Shown here: positions 1-13,800 of the stretch, piece by piece
How positions within the stretch are numbered: position 1 is the stretch's first letter
Layout: each line of letters opens with the position of its first letter
Origin: Monocercomonoides exilis PA203
Taxonomy: Eukaryota; Protista; Preaxostyla
Reading direction: 5' to 3'
Assembly: GCA_001643675.2 (NCBI GenBank)
Contig: LSRY02000049.1
Coordinates: forward strand, 186,001-250,000
DNA: 64,000 nucleotides
Program-made: the position numbers and the translations under genes
The notes under the pieces: generated by a model
What the model was told of the DNA's origin: nothing
The model's database searches: none
The model's input: the letters and a program-made list of their open reading frames with translations, nothing else

Positions 1-298
1 TATTATCTGAAGGACGGAAGCACGTGCACGGAGATTCCTCATTGGGAGTATGCAGAGAAACAGAAACAGAATCCTGAGGGCAAAAAGCACAACTACACGA
101 TGCTTTTTGTTATTCTTGGTTCGAGCATTGCTTTGATATGTGTGGTGGCGGTGGGAGTGTGTCTGCTTGTTCGGCTGAAGCGGAAGAGAGCGCCGGCAGC
201 CAACAAAAGTGTGTCTGAACAGGATGACATGTGGGACGAAGACTCAGAAGATGAGGAGCATCCGAGAGACAATTCGAGAGAGTCCAGATGGGATGGCA

Positions 299-330
<32 letters not shown>

Positions 331-1073
331 AGCAATGGATTTAATGATGATGATGATTACGATGATTACGATGATGATGATGATGATGCATACACACACA
401 ACTACAGTGGAGAAGATGGGAATGCTGGGTATGACAGCGAGGGCATTGAGCTCCACCGGCGGAAGGGGAAGAAGAGGAGGAGGGTGACTGTGAGAGACCA
501 GACAACAAATAGAGAGCGAATGAACGAGGCAGCATTCAGAACAAAGGGAAACATGAGTGGGAAGAAGAAGAAGAAGAAGAAGAAAAAGAAGAAGAATAAC
601 ACTAACACTAACACTAACAATAGTAATAGAGTAGGCATACAGCCATTGCTGAAGGAAGGCACTGTGAAGAAGAGTGGGGCAGCTGGCAATGTTCTGCTTG
701 CAGCTGATGGGATTGACACACAGCGAGTGATTGGCCTTACTCAGATTGCTTACAGCTTACCCGCATCTTCTTTGTCTGACTTGCAGTCTCTCTCTAATTT
801 CTCTGCTTCTTCTGCTGTTTCTTCTCCTTCTCCTTCTTCTGCCACTCGACGCTCTCTTTCTCCTTCGTCTTCTGTTTCAGCTGGATCTTCCCTTTCCACT
901 TCACATAACACAACTTTGTCTTCCTCTTCTCCCTCTTCTCCCTCTTCTTCTTCTTCTTCTTCTGTTTCCACATCGTGTGATGCGTCTGCTCTTTCCTCTC
1001 TCAACACACAAAACATGACATTCAGAACAATCACAACTGAAAGCGGAAAGCAGGTTGTTGTTGCAACAATTAT

Positions 1074-1105
<32 letters not shown>

Positions 1106-1173
1106 TAACAGTTGCACAGGAAAGTTCAAATAAAGAAGAAGTCGCTTCAACTACTCCTATCTCTGTTGAATGA
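1..1173 (+). CDS. 3' part of a single-pass (type I) membrane protein with acidic/basic/Ser-rich low-complexity tail; 5'-truncated by window edge
   Basis: Frame is open from base 1 (YYLKDGSTCTEIPHWEY...KHNYT) into the tracked ORF at 100. Hydrophobic helix LFVILGSSIALICVVAVGVCLLV is followed by the basic stop-transfer RLKRKR. Stop TGA at 1171-1173. Confidence 0.75.
299..389 (+). repeat. (GAT)n trinucleotide tract encoding poly-Asp
   Basis: Directly visible gatgatgat runs with a few interruptions inside the CDS. Confidence 0.9.
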
Positions 1174-1419
1174 TGATGTACAAATGCGTTAATGCATTGC
1201 TATTTTTTGTTCAGCTTATTAATTTTTATATTTTGTTGTTATATATTTTTATGTTTCACAAAATATTATTTTTTTCAAAATTTTCTTTATAAAATTTAAT
1301 TTTTTAAATAGATATATTTTAATTTTTAAAAATTATAATTAAAAATTTTAAGTAGGAATGATTTAATTTTTCGATTCGAATAAAGGTTTATATCCCATTT
1401 TTAAAAGGGATCCAAAATA

Positions 1420-3429
1420 ATGTTGATTCTTCTTGACACTCCGGCAGGCTTTGGGCTTTACCAAATCGATGACAAAACGCAAATACAACAATTAAATGCT
1501 TCAAATATTAGTTCATTGTATGTAGAAATAAATTACAATTTTTATAACATAAATTTTTAAATGAAGATCAAAATTTGTCGGGTTCACCAAATTTGAGAAT
1601 ATGAACGATGCCCTTAGCGCAGCTACACACATCACAGAAGGTAAGCTGCCTTCACAATTGAAAAAGTTTTTGGAAGTTGAAGTGAAACAACATCATCTTA
1701 CTGGAGATCTTGGAGTTGCAGATCTTAGAATTGGAAGTGCAATAAAAAAGAAACTTGAAATCAACTGCGTTTTTGATAATGACTTGCTAGAGCTTATGAA
1801 GCTACTGAGAGGAGAGTTGGAAAAAGTTGTAAGTTCAGATGATCTGCGCAAAATGTCAATTGGTTTATCCCATTCCCTTTCCAGATTCAAGTTGAAGTTC
1901 TCACCAGAAAAAATTGATGTGATGATTGTGCAAGCTGTTGGTTTGCTTTATTAATCAAATTGCAATGTGGACAAAACTTCAAAATCTTCAAAAAATTGAA
2001 TTTATTTTATTCGCAGGTCTGTTGGACGATATTGATAAAGAAATCAACACATACGCAATGCGTGTTCGGTTTGTGACCGGTTATATATATATAAAAAAAT
2101 TTAAAGCGATTGTCATTATTTTTATTAGTGAATGGTACGGATGGCATTTCCCTGAACTTAGCAAGTTAATAGAAAGCAACATCCAATATGCTCAAACAGT
2201 AAAGAAAATGGGTAGGACAATTCAACAATTTTATTTTTATTTCGAGAAATACTTTCTTTTCGACTTTAATCACAGGTCAAAGATACAATGCCTTGACGAT
2301 GGAATTTGGAGATATTCTTTCAGAAGAAGTTGAAACGAAGATGAAAGAGGCAGCCCATGTGTCCATGGGAGTTGCAGCTAGCGATGATGATATTGCAAAC
2401 ATCAAAGCGTTGTGCGAACAAGTGATTGATCTTTATGCATCTCGTCAACAGTTGGCTGATTATCTTCACAACAGAATGACTGCCATTGCACCAAATCTCA
2501 CTCTCCTTGCAGGGGATCTTGTTGGAGCAAAGCTTATTGCCAATGCAGGAACACTTCTCACACTTGCAAAACATCCTTCTTCTACTGTTCAGATTCTTGG
2601 TGCAGAAAAAGCACTTTTCAGAGCACTGAAGACTGCACACGCCACTCCAAAATATGGTCTTATCTATAGAGGTTTGTACGAAATTGATGAATTTACATGA
2701 TATTCACATCTTATTTCATTTTATTATGAAACATTTCATTTTAATTTTTATTTTCTTTCGAATGAATCACCATTGTCCAAAAATGTGTTCAGCATCTATT
2801 GTTGGAAAGACCTCGGCCAAGAACAAAGGTAAGATGGCACGTGTTCTTGCCAACAAGCTTTCACTTACAGCGCGTGTGGATGCACTCGGAGAAGCACCTG
2901 CATCAGGCGAGACAGGAGTAGACACATCAATTGGACAGCGCTGCCTTGACCAAGTAGAGAGAAGGCAGATGCAGCTTGACGGAATTGCACCTCCTCCCAT
3001 GTTGCCAAAGAAGGGAAACATCGAAAAAGCACCACAATATGTGTATGTTATCACATCTTATATTTTTTCCCACTGTATTAATTTGATTTTAACTATTTTG
3101 GATTCTTGTTCTCATTGAATGCTATCCAATGAAACATTATAAATAGTCCTCAACCATCATACAACACAACAACTGATGCAGTCGTGACTTCATCTGCAGA
3201 TGAAAAAGCAGAAAAAGCAGAAAAAGAAGAAAAGAAAGAAAAGAAAGAAAAGAAGAAGGAAAAGAAAGAAAAAGACGAGGATGAAGACGATATTAAAGCC
3301 GAAAAGAAGAAGAAGAAGCATAAAGATGATGATGAAAAGAAAAAAGATAAAGAAGAAAAGAAGAAGGAGAAAAAAGAAAAGAAGAAGGAAAAGAAGGAAA
3401 AGAAGGAAAAGAAAGAGAAGAAGGAGTAA
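1420..3429 (+). CDS. NOP58: Nucleolar protein 58 (box C/D snoRNP core), 7 exons: 1420-1517, 1567-1940, 2017-2068, 2129-2211, 2276-2671, 2793-3042, 3147-3429
   Basis: Spliced product: [68 protein letters not shown], Nop domain [22 protein letters not shown]...[35 protein letters not shown], and a KKE-repeat tail. All six GT-AG introns are phase compatible. [10 protein letters not shown] and EWYGWHFPE favour NOP58 over NOP56. Confidence 0.93.
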
Positions 3430-3676
3430 GTGGGGTTTAAATTATTGTTGTGTAATTTATGAGAAGGTTTGAATTCCAAGTCACACTTCACATTTTTTAA
3501 AGTATTTTAGTGCAATATTAGCAATGCTAAAACATTTGCTATTACTTTTTTTTCAATGGACGTCAGAGTGTATCTTGATTAAAAAAGTGATGCGTACCTG
3601 TTTAAAGAATATTTTTAATGAGAAATTGAGTTTATTTTGATGAGATCAATAATAACATAATATTCGAAAAAAGTGT

Positions 3677-6600
3677 ATGTCATATGCGCTTAGCAGGTCA
3701 ACAAGAACTCATTCATGCGACAATTGCAGATTAAAGTGTGCAATTTTATTTTTCTTTTAAAATATCAGAAGCTTTTTAATTGTTTCCTTTTATTTAAAAA
3801 GAAAAACGAGATGCGATGGGTTTGTTCATTATTTTAATAAATTTTATTTTAAACATTTCAAAAAACAAAAGAGGATATCCTTGTTCGACATGCAAAGCGA
3901 GGTATTTAGAATGCACATATGACATGCCCGTTAAGAGACGAGGTCCGCGTTCAAGAAGTGTGAATGTATTTTTTTAAATGAAATGTTGAATTAAATGACA
4001 GCTCCTCCAAAACTCTTACAACGATTTTCTCTTGCACCAGCGTTTGAAGGAACGTCTCCTTCTCCAACATCTACAATCGATTCAAATTTTATTACGTCTT
4101 CACTCTTTGGAAATCCTCCGGTTCATTTCCCTCCACCACCTGCACCAAAAGAGGCATCCAAGCCTCCATTACAAGTATCATCAATTCCGTTTGCTCCATC
4201 TTCACTTCTTCAACCATCTTTGCATACTTCAACAATTCAAAAAGAAACATCTTCAACAGAAAAAAATTCTTCACCAAAAATAGAGGCTGGATCCAATTCC
4301 ACATCTTCATATCCTACACAAGTCCCTCCTTTAAAAGCAAATAAATCATCTTCCCAATCTTTTTCGATGCAATGTAAGTCACTAACTTCTTCAGCTATTG
4401 TGGCAACAGAACGATTTTTTGACAATGTTGTGCCATTTTTAAGAATTGGAGAGGAAAAATATGCTTATTTGGAAATATTCCAAAGATATATTAATCCTCA
4501 CTTCTGCTTATTTGGGAAGGATATGACATTTTTTTCACATTTTCCATTTAAAGCAAAAGAGTTATTAATAACATTGAAACGAAAAGAACTAGAACAGAAA
4601 TTTAGGACAGATCAACAAAAAAATCACGGACAGCGGGCAGACTCCAATAAAGGCCATTCTTCAGGACCGCTTTCATTCGCATCAGGACAACTTTCCACTT
4701 CAAGAGTTATTCGGTCCTTCACACGTGTTGAGCATCTGCTGCTGTATTATTGCGATGCTTTGCACATGGAGTTCTACGCTGTGATTGCGCTTGCTGCACA
4801 GCTCGTGGGCCATCAGAACTTGTCTGCCATGTGCATTCGGCAAGCGCGCCTTTACTCGTCCATCCTGCAGGATACAGCAGGCTCTGTAGTTGGCGTTAAA
4901 ATGAGCCTTCCGTTCAGAGTGATGCACACGCTCTCGCACACCGGAAGACTTGGGCAAAGCATCTGGGAGAAGATCCAGCAGATTGACGAGCTCAGCAAAC
5001 AAACGAAAAGAGCTGGAACATCTCCAGAGGGAAAAGCAAATCCTCAGCATTCACAAATATATGCAAATGATCTGAAGAAAGCATCAAAGCTGTCTGTCAC
5101 AACTCTTCTTCCTCCGCCACAGCCACAGACAGATCTTCAGTGTTTGCAATCCGTTTTCCCGCTTCTTCCACCACTGCGCCCAGGAGAACCTGCACCATTT
5201 CTGTTTCCATGTCGAGAGAACACAGAAAAAGGATTGAAAGGTGGAGGAATGGACAACATCTCATCACGGAACTCATCCTCTTCATCGTCTCCACCATATT
5301 CTTCTGATAGCGCTGCAACTTCTCAAAATTCATCGTCTTCTTCGTCTTCATCTTCGTCGTCTTCGTCATCATCATCCTCATCATCTTCGGCTGCTGCTGA
5401 AGACACAGAACTTTCACTCGACCTTTTGGCTTTCAGAGATTTCCTGCGGACTCTCACGATCGATGCAACATGTGCGTGTGCTGTCCCGTTTCGAACGAGT
5501 GAGATTGTCGAAGGCACTTTTGTGCTGGAGTATTTGAAAGGAATCGCTCTGATTTCTTTCTATTTTTACCAGCAAAACGAGCGGCGATCAAAACAGACGC
5601 TGTCTCTTGCATTCGATTTGCTGACATCGGAATATCTGCACAACATCATTTTTACACCATTTCCTCCGTTTCACAACCGAATCGTCCATCCAAACTCCAC
5701 CATCCAACTGGACGGGAGGCATTTCCGACTGTTCCAGTTCTACGAGTACATCAAGAGCTCCTTCAACATTGACCCGCTGAACAAAGCGAAGGAGAATAAA
5801 GAAGAAGCCAATTCGACCTCAAAACTGCAAGAGAGCACAAACACCACTGCCCCGTTCTTGCCTCAAATAAGCTCTCCACCGACGATCCCTCTTCCAAACA
5901 TTCCTGTCATCCAGACATCTGCATCCTACAACAAGATGCTGAAAGAGGCGCCGGCTGCTCCGTCTTCAGCGGAGAAGTGGGAAATGCGCTCAAGCGGTGT
6001 TTCTCCTTCGCTAAAGAGGTTGTTTGCAGTCATGTCGAACGATCCGGCTAACTCGCCCACACTTTTCATTTCTCCATTCGAAATATTCATCCTTGCCTCA
6101 AAGGAGCTGGAGGCATTCCGCTGCAAACAGTGCCACAGCTCAGGCAAGCCAGTCTCTCTGTCGCGCTTCGGGCCGCTTGTGTGGACACCATCAGCACCTC
6201 ACAGCCAGAATATCCTCTCTGCTGTCTCACCTGAAGTCGAAAAGAGCCACGAAAACATCTTCTGGCAAAGAGGCGCCAAGCTGAATCCGTACAAAAGCAT
6301 GTCGTTCTTCAACGACCTGTTTCCGTCGGTGCAGCTTCCGGGACAGAAACACAGAAGAAAGAAATTCTTCACTCAGAGTCAGATGGCCACACCGTCTGCC
6401 TCAAACACGCCGATGCCTGCTTCTTCTCCTGTGCCACCGAGGTTGTACACAGAGGCCACCATCAACATTGAGTCTCTAAATAACTCTAATGCTATTTCGT
6501 GTATTCGCTCATTGGCTGACCATGTGCTGCACCTCAGCCTCACAACGCGCGAGGGAGAGTTCATCCAGCAGGCATTTCTGGACGACTTCAACAGGTTTTC

Positions 6601-9600
6601 CGAGTTGATGAGCTCAGACATCTTCCCTTCTTTGAAGGCTGCTTCTGCTTCGCAGCTGCAGAACGAGCAACAGTCGCCGCTGCAGCAGGATGTTCAGGAA
6701 GAAATGGTCCTTTCACCGTTGTGGAAACCAAGAAGCGTGTTCCAATATTCTTCTTCTTCTTCCTCTTCCTCTTCTTCTTCCTCTTCTTCTTCCTCTTCTT
6801 CTTCCTCTTCTTCTTCCTCTTCTTCCTCCTCTTCCTCTTCCTCTTCTTCTTCCTCCTCCTCCTCTTCTTCTTCTGAACAAAAACAACACCCTGAGAAACT
6901 TCCAGACTTAAAAACTCCGTTAACTTTATCTCCATCTGCTCGATTGCCCAGTCCTCTTTCTCAATCGTCTTCTTCAAATATACTTCATTCTCCTGTTCCA
7001 TCTTATGCACCGCAATCTTCCATTAGAGCAGATGATGGTAAGTCATTCATTTCTTCTTCTTTAATAACAACATCCCAAGCACCAACAAGCACTGCTTCTA
7101 TTTCCACTTCTACTTCAAATTCAACATCAACTTCTTCGTTATCTTCTTCTGGACCCAAACTTATCCCATCTACAAATCCATCAAAGGAGTCTTCTTCCGC
7201 ATCAAAGACTAACGACTCAGTTATGAAGCAAGTGCAGAAAGTGAAGGAGATCTTTTTTTCTTACATCGAACAGAAGCTCAGCTCGCAAAGTACAGCTGGG
7301 AAATCAGCCTTCCGCTCTGCACAGTTGATGTATTATCTTTCCAACTGCATCGATGTGACTCCACAGATGCGCATGATCGATGCTGGACACGTGTTCCATT
7401 TCTTAACATGGGGATTTTTCCCGTACTTGCCAATGGCTGCCAAGCCGTGGATGCGCTTGAAGAGGCCGAAAAAGGAAAAGGCGAATGCAAATGAAACACA
7501 ACAGATGAAAGGGAAATTTTCGACAGAAGAAATCGAAGAAGATTTGACAAACCCATTTGATCAGTTTGGATCGAGCAATATAATTCCTTCAAAGGTGGAA
7601 GAAATAGCACTTCTGAGATCTGTTGCCCACCTCCAGCGGGTTATTCTGCAATGCGGTGGAGCAGAGGCGTTCACTTTAGTATCCATCAACGATCCTATTG
7701 AATCACCCGAAAAAGAGGACAATGGGTCACAACAACAATGCCAACAGACAACCGATTCCGACAAAGAAAGTGCCAAAGCTGCTCAACAAACTGACAAATC
7801 TCAGCTCAATTCAAATGAAGGATCACAGCCGTCTGTTCCGTTCAACATGATTTCAACGACTGCATTGTTCGAAAACGCGATGGATCAAATTCGGAACCCA
7901 GGCAAGCTTCATCCTCAGACAGTGATTGTCGAGAACATACGAGGGACAAGCAGCGAAGAGCCAGTCGAAGATCCTTTGGACGCAAACTCTTACTTGTCAG
8001 ATATCGATTCGCTCTTTTACACAGAGACACCGTTTGAGCATCTCGAAAAGCCGCCTTCTATCGTATTTAACAATGCTATTCCTGATGGATATCAGAAAAC
8101 AGCAGAGATCATCATATTCAAACCAGTGGCATCAGAAAATCAGTATAAAATAGCCACGAGCCAAGTTCCGCTTTCATCGCATTATTTCAAATGCTCCTGC
8201 GGTGCCAAAGTTACAAATGATTGCGGAGTTGACCCTACCTTACTTATTGGACAGTCGAAGGTTTTTAACAGCAAATCTGTATCTCCTGTAAAAGATGAGA
8301 ATGATACATCTTTACTGTCTGAATCAGTGCCAGGTGCAAATCCATCATCTTCATCTTCACCATCATCTTCATCTTCACCATCATCCGCATCAGCATCTGA
8401 ATCAAGCTCCACTTTTGCTGAATCATCTTTTTACACAACATCACAGCCTATAAATTTGACTTCGCTCAAAGCTAAATGGAAACCAACGCCAGCTACTCCT
8501 CGTGAATTCCTTCTTGACATTCTTAAAACTCATACAAATGTTAAAAGTTATGTTACCCCACCTCTTCAATTTTTACAGCACTTGGATATTCTTCTCACAA
8601 ACATTATCAACAGGCAAACTCAGATGTCTGATACAAATGGATATAGCTCCTCAGGAGAGCCTTCAATATTCATGATGCTAATGGAAGGGATAAACCTGAT
8701 TCTTCTCAGAATGCGAAATGACATGCCACCTGAGCCTCCTGTGATGTCCACTCTGCCCACAATGACACCAGCTGCTCTTGTTGGACCATCTGTCAGTCCT
8801 TCTCTAGACATTGGGATTTTGAACTCGATGACGTTCAGCTTGCTTACACTGCCATATGTTGGCCTGCACGCTGCGGCACTAGCCTGCGCAATTCGGAGTA
8901 CACATATAATAATAAGCATCTTCATGGAAAGCAGCGTGTTTCGCTTTTTAACAGGTGGAATGTCATTTTTCATAATTGTACTTCCATCTTTTTTCTTTCA
9001 ACATCTTCTAAGTAGAAGAACAACAAGTAACAAGCACTCTCATTTTCCTCGTTCGAACGAGCAATACTATGGCATTAAAAATGTTTACTTACTCAGAGAG
9101 GCGTATATCTGCTACTTTAAACTTATTCAAGTTATTCATTTCTTTTCACATGACGAAATTCCAAAACAATTGCATCGCCAGCACATCAAATTCTTCAAAA
9201 AACTTTCAATTGATTATGAATACGAGATGATGCACAAGCACGCAATGAAGTTGGAGGAAGATCCATTTCTTGTTCCAGAAAGAAGCGAAGGTCTCTTACT
9301 GAGCGATATTATCACACCAAATTATATTGCAACTGTTCGATTTTACCTTGATCACAATGAACATTACACTTTCATTTCTTCGCATTTCCCAAAGGAACCA
9401 CCATTACACGAACTTATCCGTCGAGGCGACACAGTATCAATTCACACAAGTCGAATGAATGTGTTTGACGAAAATGGCGAAGACGATCGACCTCTTAATG
9501 GAGCATCAACGGACTCCTCTGAAGAGGAATTAACAGAGACGGATACTGTGGGGTTGACTCATTCTCCAAAAGACGAAAGCAAACGCATGCAAGACAAAAG

Positions 9601-10705
9601 CGATTCAGAAGAAGGAGATGAACTAACCGTTGTTTATGGCATGGCAGCTTCATCGCATCCACGATCATCCTTAAAATACTCAGAAACATGCTGCTCAGAT
9701 GATGATGAAACAAGCGAAGACAGATCATCAATCAAGCTAAGCAGCAAGGGGAAGGGAAAAGGAAAAGGAAAAGGAAAAGGAAAAGGGAAAGGTAAAGACA
9801 GAAGCACAGGAAAGAGGAAAGAGAAAGAGAAAGAGCAGTTTAGCGACGACGAAGAAGAAGATTCTGAAGACGAAGATGATTCCAGCACAACTTATGATGA
9901 CGAAGAGGAGGAAGACAAAGAATTAGGAATGAAGATGAAAAGAAAGATGAATCATCATTCAAAGAAAAGGAAAAAATCGCTTCAGCCAAATCAAGTTGAA
10001 ACGTTGCCTTCAACAATTTTACCAGCAGAGAAGAAACCTTTGACCACAGAAGGCGCACCTGCTGATGTATTCGGCAAATCTTCGAGCATTCTGTTTCAGA
10101 ATCACATACCGCCGCACCCACTTTCTGTTAGTCTTCCTATTTTCAAGAGCCAAATTTCACAGCAAACGAACTTCGAGCCTCAGCGTTTTAGTACCAATCC
10201 TTCAGTAATGCCAACACCTTATATAACTCCCACTCAAACAATTCCAACAACTCCTATTCAAACTGTTCCTCCTGCACCAACTGTACCAATTGTACCAACT
10301 GCTTCAGTAGCACCAACAGTTCCAACAACTCCAGCAGCTTCAGCACCTTTCGATTCAATGCAACAGGCACAGCAAAACTACATGATAGATTCAACTTTGC
10401 AGTTTGGTGCGCTTAATTCATCTTCTATAAAGCCAATGTGGATACCAAAAGAAAATTCATTGATGGAAACTCAATCGCCAACTCTTCAATCAATTTACCC
10501 ACCTTTTACACCAAACTTTTACGATTCTTCTTTTGACCCACTTGCAAATCGTTCCGATCTCAATGAATTTGATTCAATGTTTTTGCAGTCATCTTCCAGC
10601 AAATTACCTTCAATTGGACTCGGATCTTTTGACTCTCACATCGCAACAGATCTAATGACAGATGATTTTGCCGATATGCTTAGTTCTTCATTTTTATCTT
10701 ATTGA
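3677..10705 (+). CDS. Zn(II)2Cys6 (GAL4-like) binuclear-cluster transcription factor, ~2288 aa; exons 3677-3735, 3802-3819, 3872-3957, 4002-10705
   Basis: Splicing three GT-AG introns (3736-3801, 3820-3871, 3958-4001) gives MSYALSRSTRTHSCDNCRLKKTRCDGGYPCSTCKARYLECTYDMPVKRRGPRSRTPPK, an exact C-X2-C-X6-C-X5-C-X2-C-X6-C motif plus KRRGP linker, in frame with the 2236-aa ORF. Confidence 0.9.
6749..6874 (+). repeat. (TCT/TCC)n tract encoding ~42 consecutive Ser
   Basis: Directly visible; the longest of many poly-Ser tracts in the window. Confidence 0.9.
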
Positions 10706-10874
10706 CATCGTATTTTCTGAATTTTTTGTTTTTGTTATTATGATCATGTGTGTATATATTCTTTAAAACACTAAAAATTATAAAATCCAAAAAACACAAA
10801 TAAATCATTAATGAAAAACAATAACAAAAGAAAAAGCTAAAAATTAACATAAAATTATAAGCCAAAAATTATGT

Positions 10875-13800
10875 TCATTGAAGCGGAATGGTAGTTAATT
10901 TTTTCCAGTCATCCACAGCAGATGAGCAAGACAAACGAATTAACTCAATTAAAGATCTTGCAGTTTGCTCGGGATCACATTCGGAAATTTTTGAGATCGT
11001 GTTTTCAAATTCTGATAATCTGTTTTCGCAAACTTTACCCAAAATTTCAATTGTCAATTTATGACATTCTTTAAGTCCTATAAGTATATTTGAAATATCA
11101 GCAAGTCTATCAATACATCTTGCAAATAGCCAGAGGCTTCCATCTTTTGAGCAATGAAGATAAGGGTTCTTTCCGCTTACCTCATCCGCATGTAAAGAAA
11201 GCAATTCAAGCAGAGAGAAAAGATCATTCACACACGTTTCATATGCACGAATTATACATCTTTTCCACGATTTGCTTGAAATGTTTTCTACTGGTCGCAT
11301 GCTGTCGTCAACATCAATGCTTTCCAAGAGAGCACCAACGATAGTTGCACACGCATGACCCTGCACTGATGTGATGAAGGAAGGATGGAAAAACATTGCA
11401 AAGAAGCAATAAAAGGGGGTTGGGCCAAGTGAAGTGGGTTGGATCTTAATCGGGAAGTGAGATTGGTCGCTTGAATTATTATTAAAAAGTAGATTCCTTT
11501 CGGAAAATGAGGGAGAAAGAATATTTGATGATTTGAGTTCTTTTTCAGTCGTTGGCTTTCCTTTACGGCTGAGCATGGCTGAAGGATTCGAGTCAAAATT
11601 CAACGGTTGTGGAAGTGAGGAGAGATTCGTGCATTCATGTACAGAAACATATTGAATTATCATTCTCAAATTTGCGCTTGAAATTAAAGAAGGCGAAGAC
11701 CTTATATAATTGTCATAACGATTGCAAAGAAGGAATGGATAGTCTTTACAAAGATCAGCAAATAAAATTTTCTTTCTGTTTAACACGTGGAGCTCTTTCT
11801 GAAGAGCTATCTGGATTTTATCGCGTTCCTCTGCTTCTTTTACTGTTGAAAAGATGTCTTTCAGAATTTCTCTTTTGTTAAGATCAGAAACAGTTGGAGG
11901 AATAAACTGTGGATGAAGGCAAAAAGCAAAGTAATGTCCACAACATTTGAAAAGCAAGCTGTTCAAAAGTTCTGCATCCTTCGAATCTTTATTAACATTT
12001 TCACTGCTATATTGTAGATATAAAAACAAAACGTGAGAAATTGTTTCCAAATAGCAATTTCCTAATTTCTCTTTGATTGCAGGGTGCCATCTCGGAGAGT
12101 CCATTGCCACAGATAAAGGTGGTGAGAACATGTACTGTTTTTGTGGAACATACAATGCATCAATAAGTCGAGCACTTGGCGTTTTTTTAGATGGTTTGAC
12201 TTTCGCTAACGCAGTTGCAGAAGCAAGCTTTTTAAGATCTTCTTCAACAGTTGGCAATGATAAAAATGATGGGATTACGGAATCATTGAGTGATACAATA
12301 GGTGGTATAACAAGAGAATCGATATCAATATGATTACTTGAACTCTCTGGAACATTGCAAGTGACAGTCAGTGATTCAGTTATTGGACTGATATAATTAT
12401 TATCTTTTGAAGTTGAATTAGCCGAAGAAGAGGATAATGAAGTAGAAGAAGGAGTAGAAGGAGAAGATGAAGAAGAAGAAGAAGAAGAAGAAGCAGAAGA
12501 AGGAACAGAAGAAGACGAGGCAACATCATCAGTTTCAGTTTTTAGTAATTGATGCTCTTCCTCGCCACCATCGCATTGAGGCAATTGATTCTCTGCTTCA
12601 AATCCAGCAAGCAGTGCATCGAAAAGCGCAACTCCAGCATTCAATAACGGAAGCAGAAGCGATAGCACAACGAGTGCAGGCTGGCGAACAAGTAGAGGGA
12701 ATCGTGGCCTGGTTAAGACAAAGAATACGGAAAGGTTTCGAGGTGTTTCGTCATTCAAAGAGAAACCAAATGGATGCCTTTGATCGTCTGAAGTTTGAGT
12801 CGAATTTGACTCCGAATTTGCTGTATCGTTTGCTTGATGTGCATTCTGCGACGATTGGACTGGAGGAGGTTCTTTCAGAGCTGTTTTGAGCACTTTAACC
12901 ATCGTGCTAAATGAATTGACACTTGATTGATATAGAATATTTGCAAGCATTGCAGTTGCCAGAAGCGGAATAAATGCAGAATCATGATCTGAAAAATCTT
13001 CATCCCATGCAACTTTATGAAAGCCTGCTGTCCGCGCTGGAGTGTTGATCTCAACAAGAAGCCATTTGAGAAGGTACGAAGCAATCTCTGTTCTTTCTTT
13101 TTGATCTGGTGAGATTATTAAGAAAGGAGAAAATGGAATCAGCCCCGATATATTTTGATTCTCATGAGCTGGATCAGATTCAACAAGAAGCATCAGTGGA
13201 TTCCAAACCCTGTCTTCTCGGAGAGCCTCACGACTGATAAAGACAGTCATTATCAAATGAAGAGCAGTTTCTCGTCTCAGACTTCTAATATCCCTTCTGA
13301 GGAAGATGGCACACGAACGACGAAGTGCCTGAGAAACTGGAGAGAACGTTCTCAATACACGATAAAACAATGAAGTTGAACGAGGAAAGAATCCATAGAA
13401 TTGCAGGCAGCAATTGAGGCACCATTTGAAATGTTCGGAGCAAAAGACGTTTTCTAATATTCTATCCCGTACTTCTAATCGGTGGGTCGATGAATTTTGC
13501 GGTTGATACATAAGTTCAGATAGGACTGAAGCAAAGAATGAGTATGAATAACGCATGATTTCGTCTTGATAGGAGAGCGCAACAGATGGAGGTGGATTCA
13601 TATGAATGAAAATGCAGAAATTATGGAAGCATTCAATATTCTGTATTTTAACGAAAATATCAACAATGCTTTGCCTCAAATTTTTGTCGGAGGCTTTTCT
13701 TAGAAAGACGTCCAAAAGATGCATCGCTGCAAGAAGAGTAAAATCATAATCGCAACGATTCTCTTCTTTTAATCTGATATTAATCACATTGCATGCTGCT

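Noticed and set aside
93-1034. Overlapping poly-Met, poly-Ile, poly-Phe and poly-Glu ORFs
   Set aside because: Alternative-frame or antisense readings of trinucleotide tracts within the real CDS.
2672-2792. Possible intronic box C/D snoRNA in the longest NOP58 intron (TTGATGA near 2684)
   Set aside because: No downstream CTGA box D, terminal stem or evident rRNA guide; the motif is expected by chance in AT-rich DNA.
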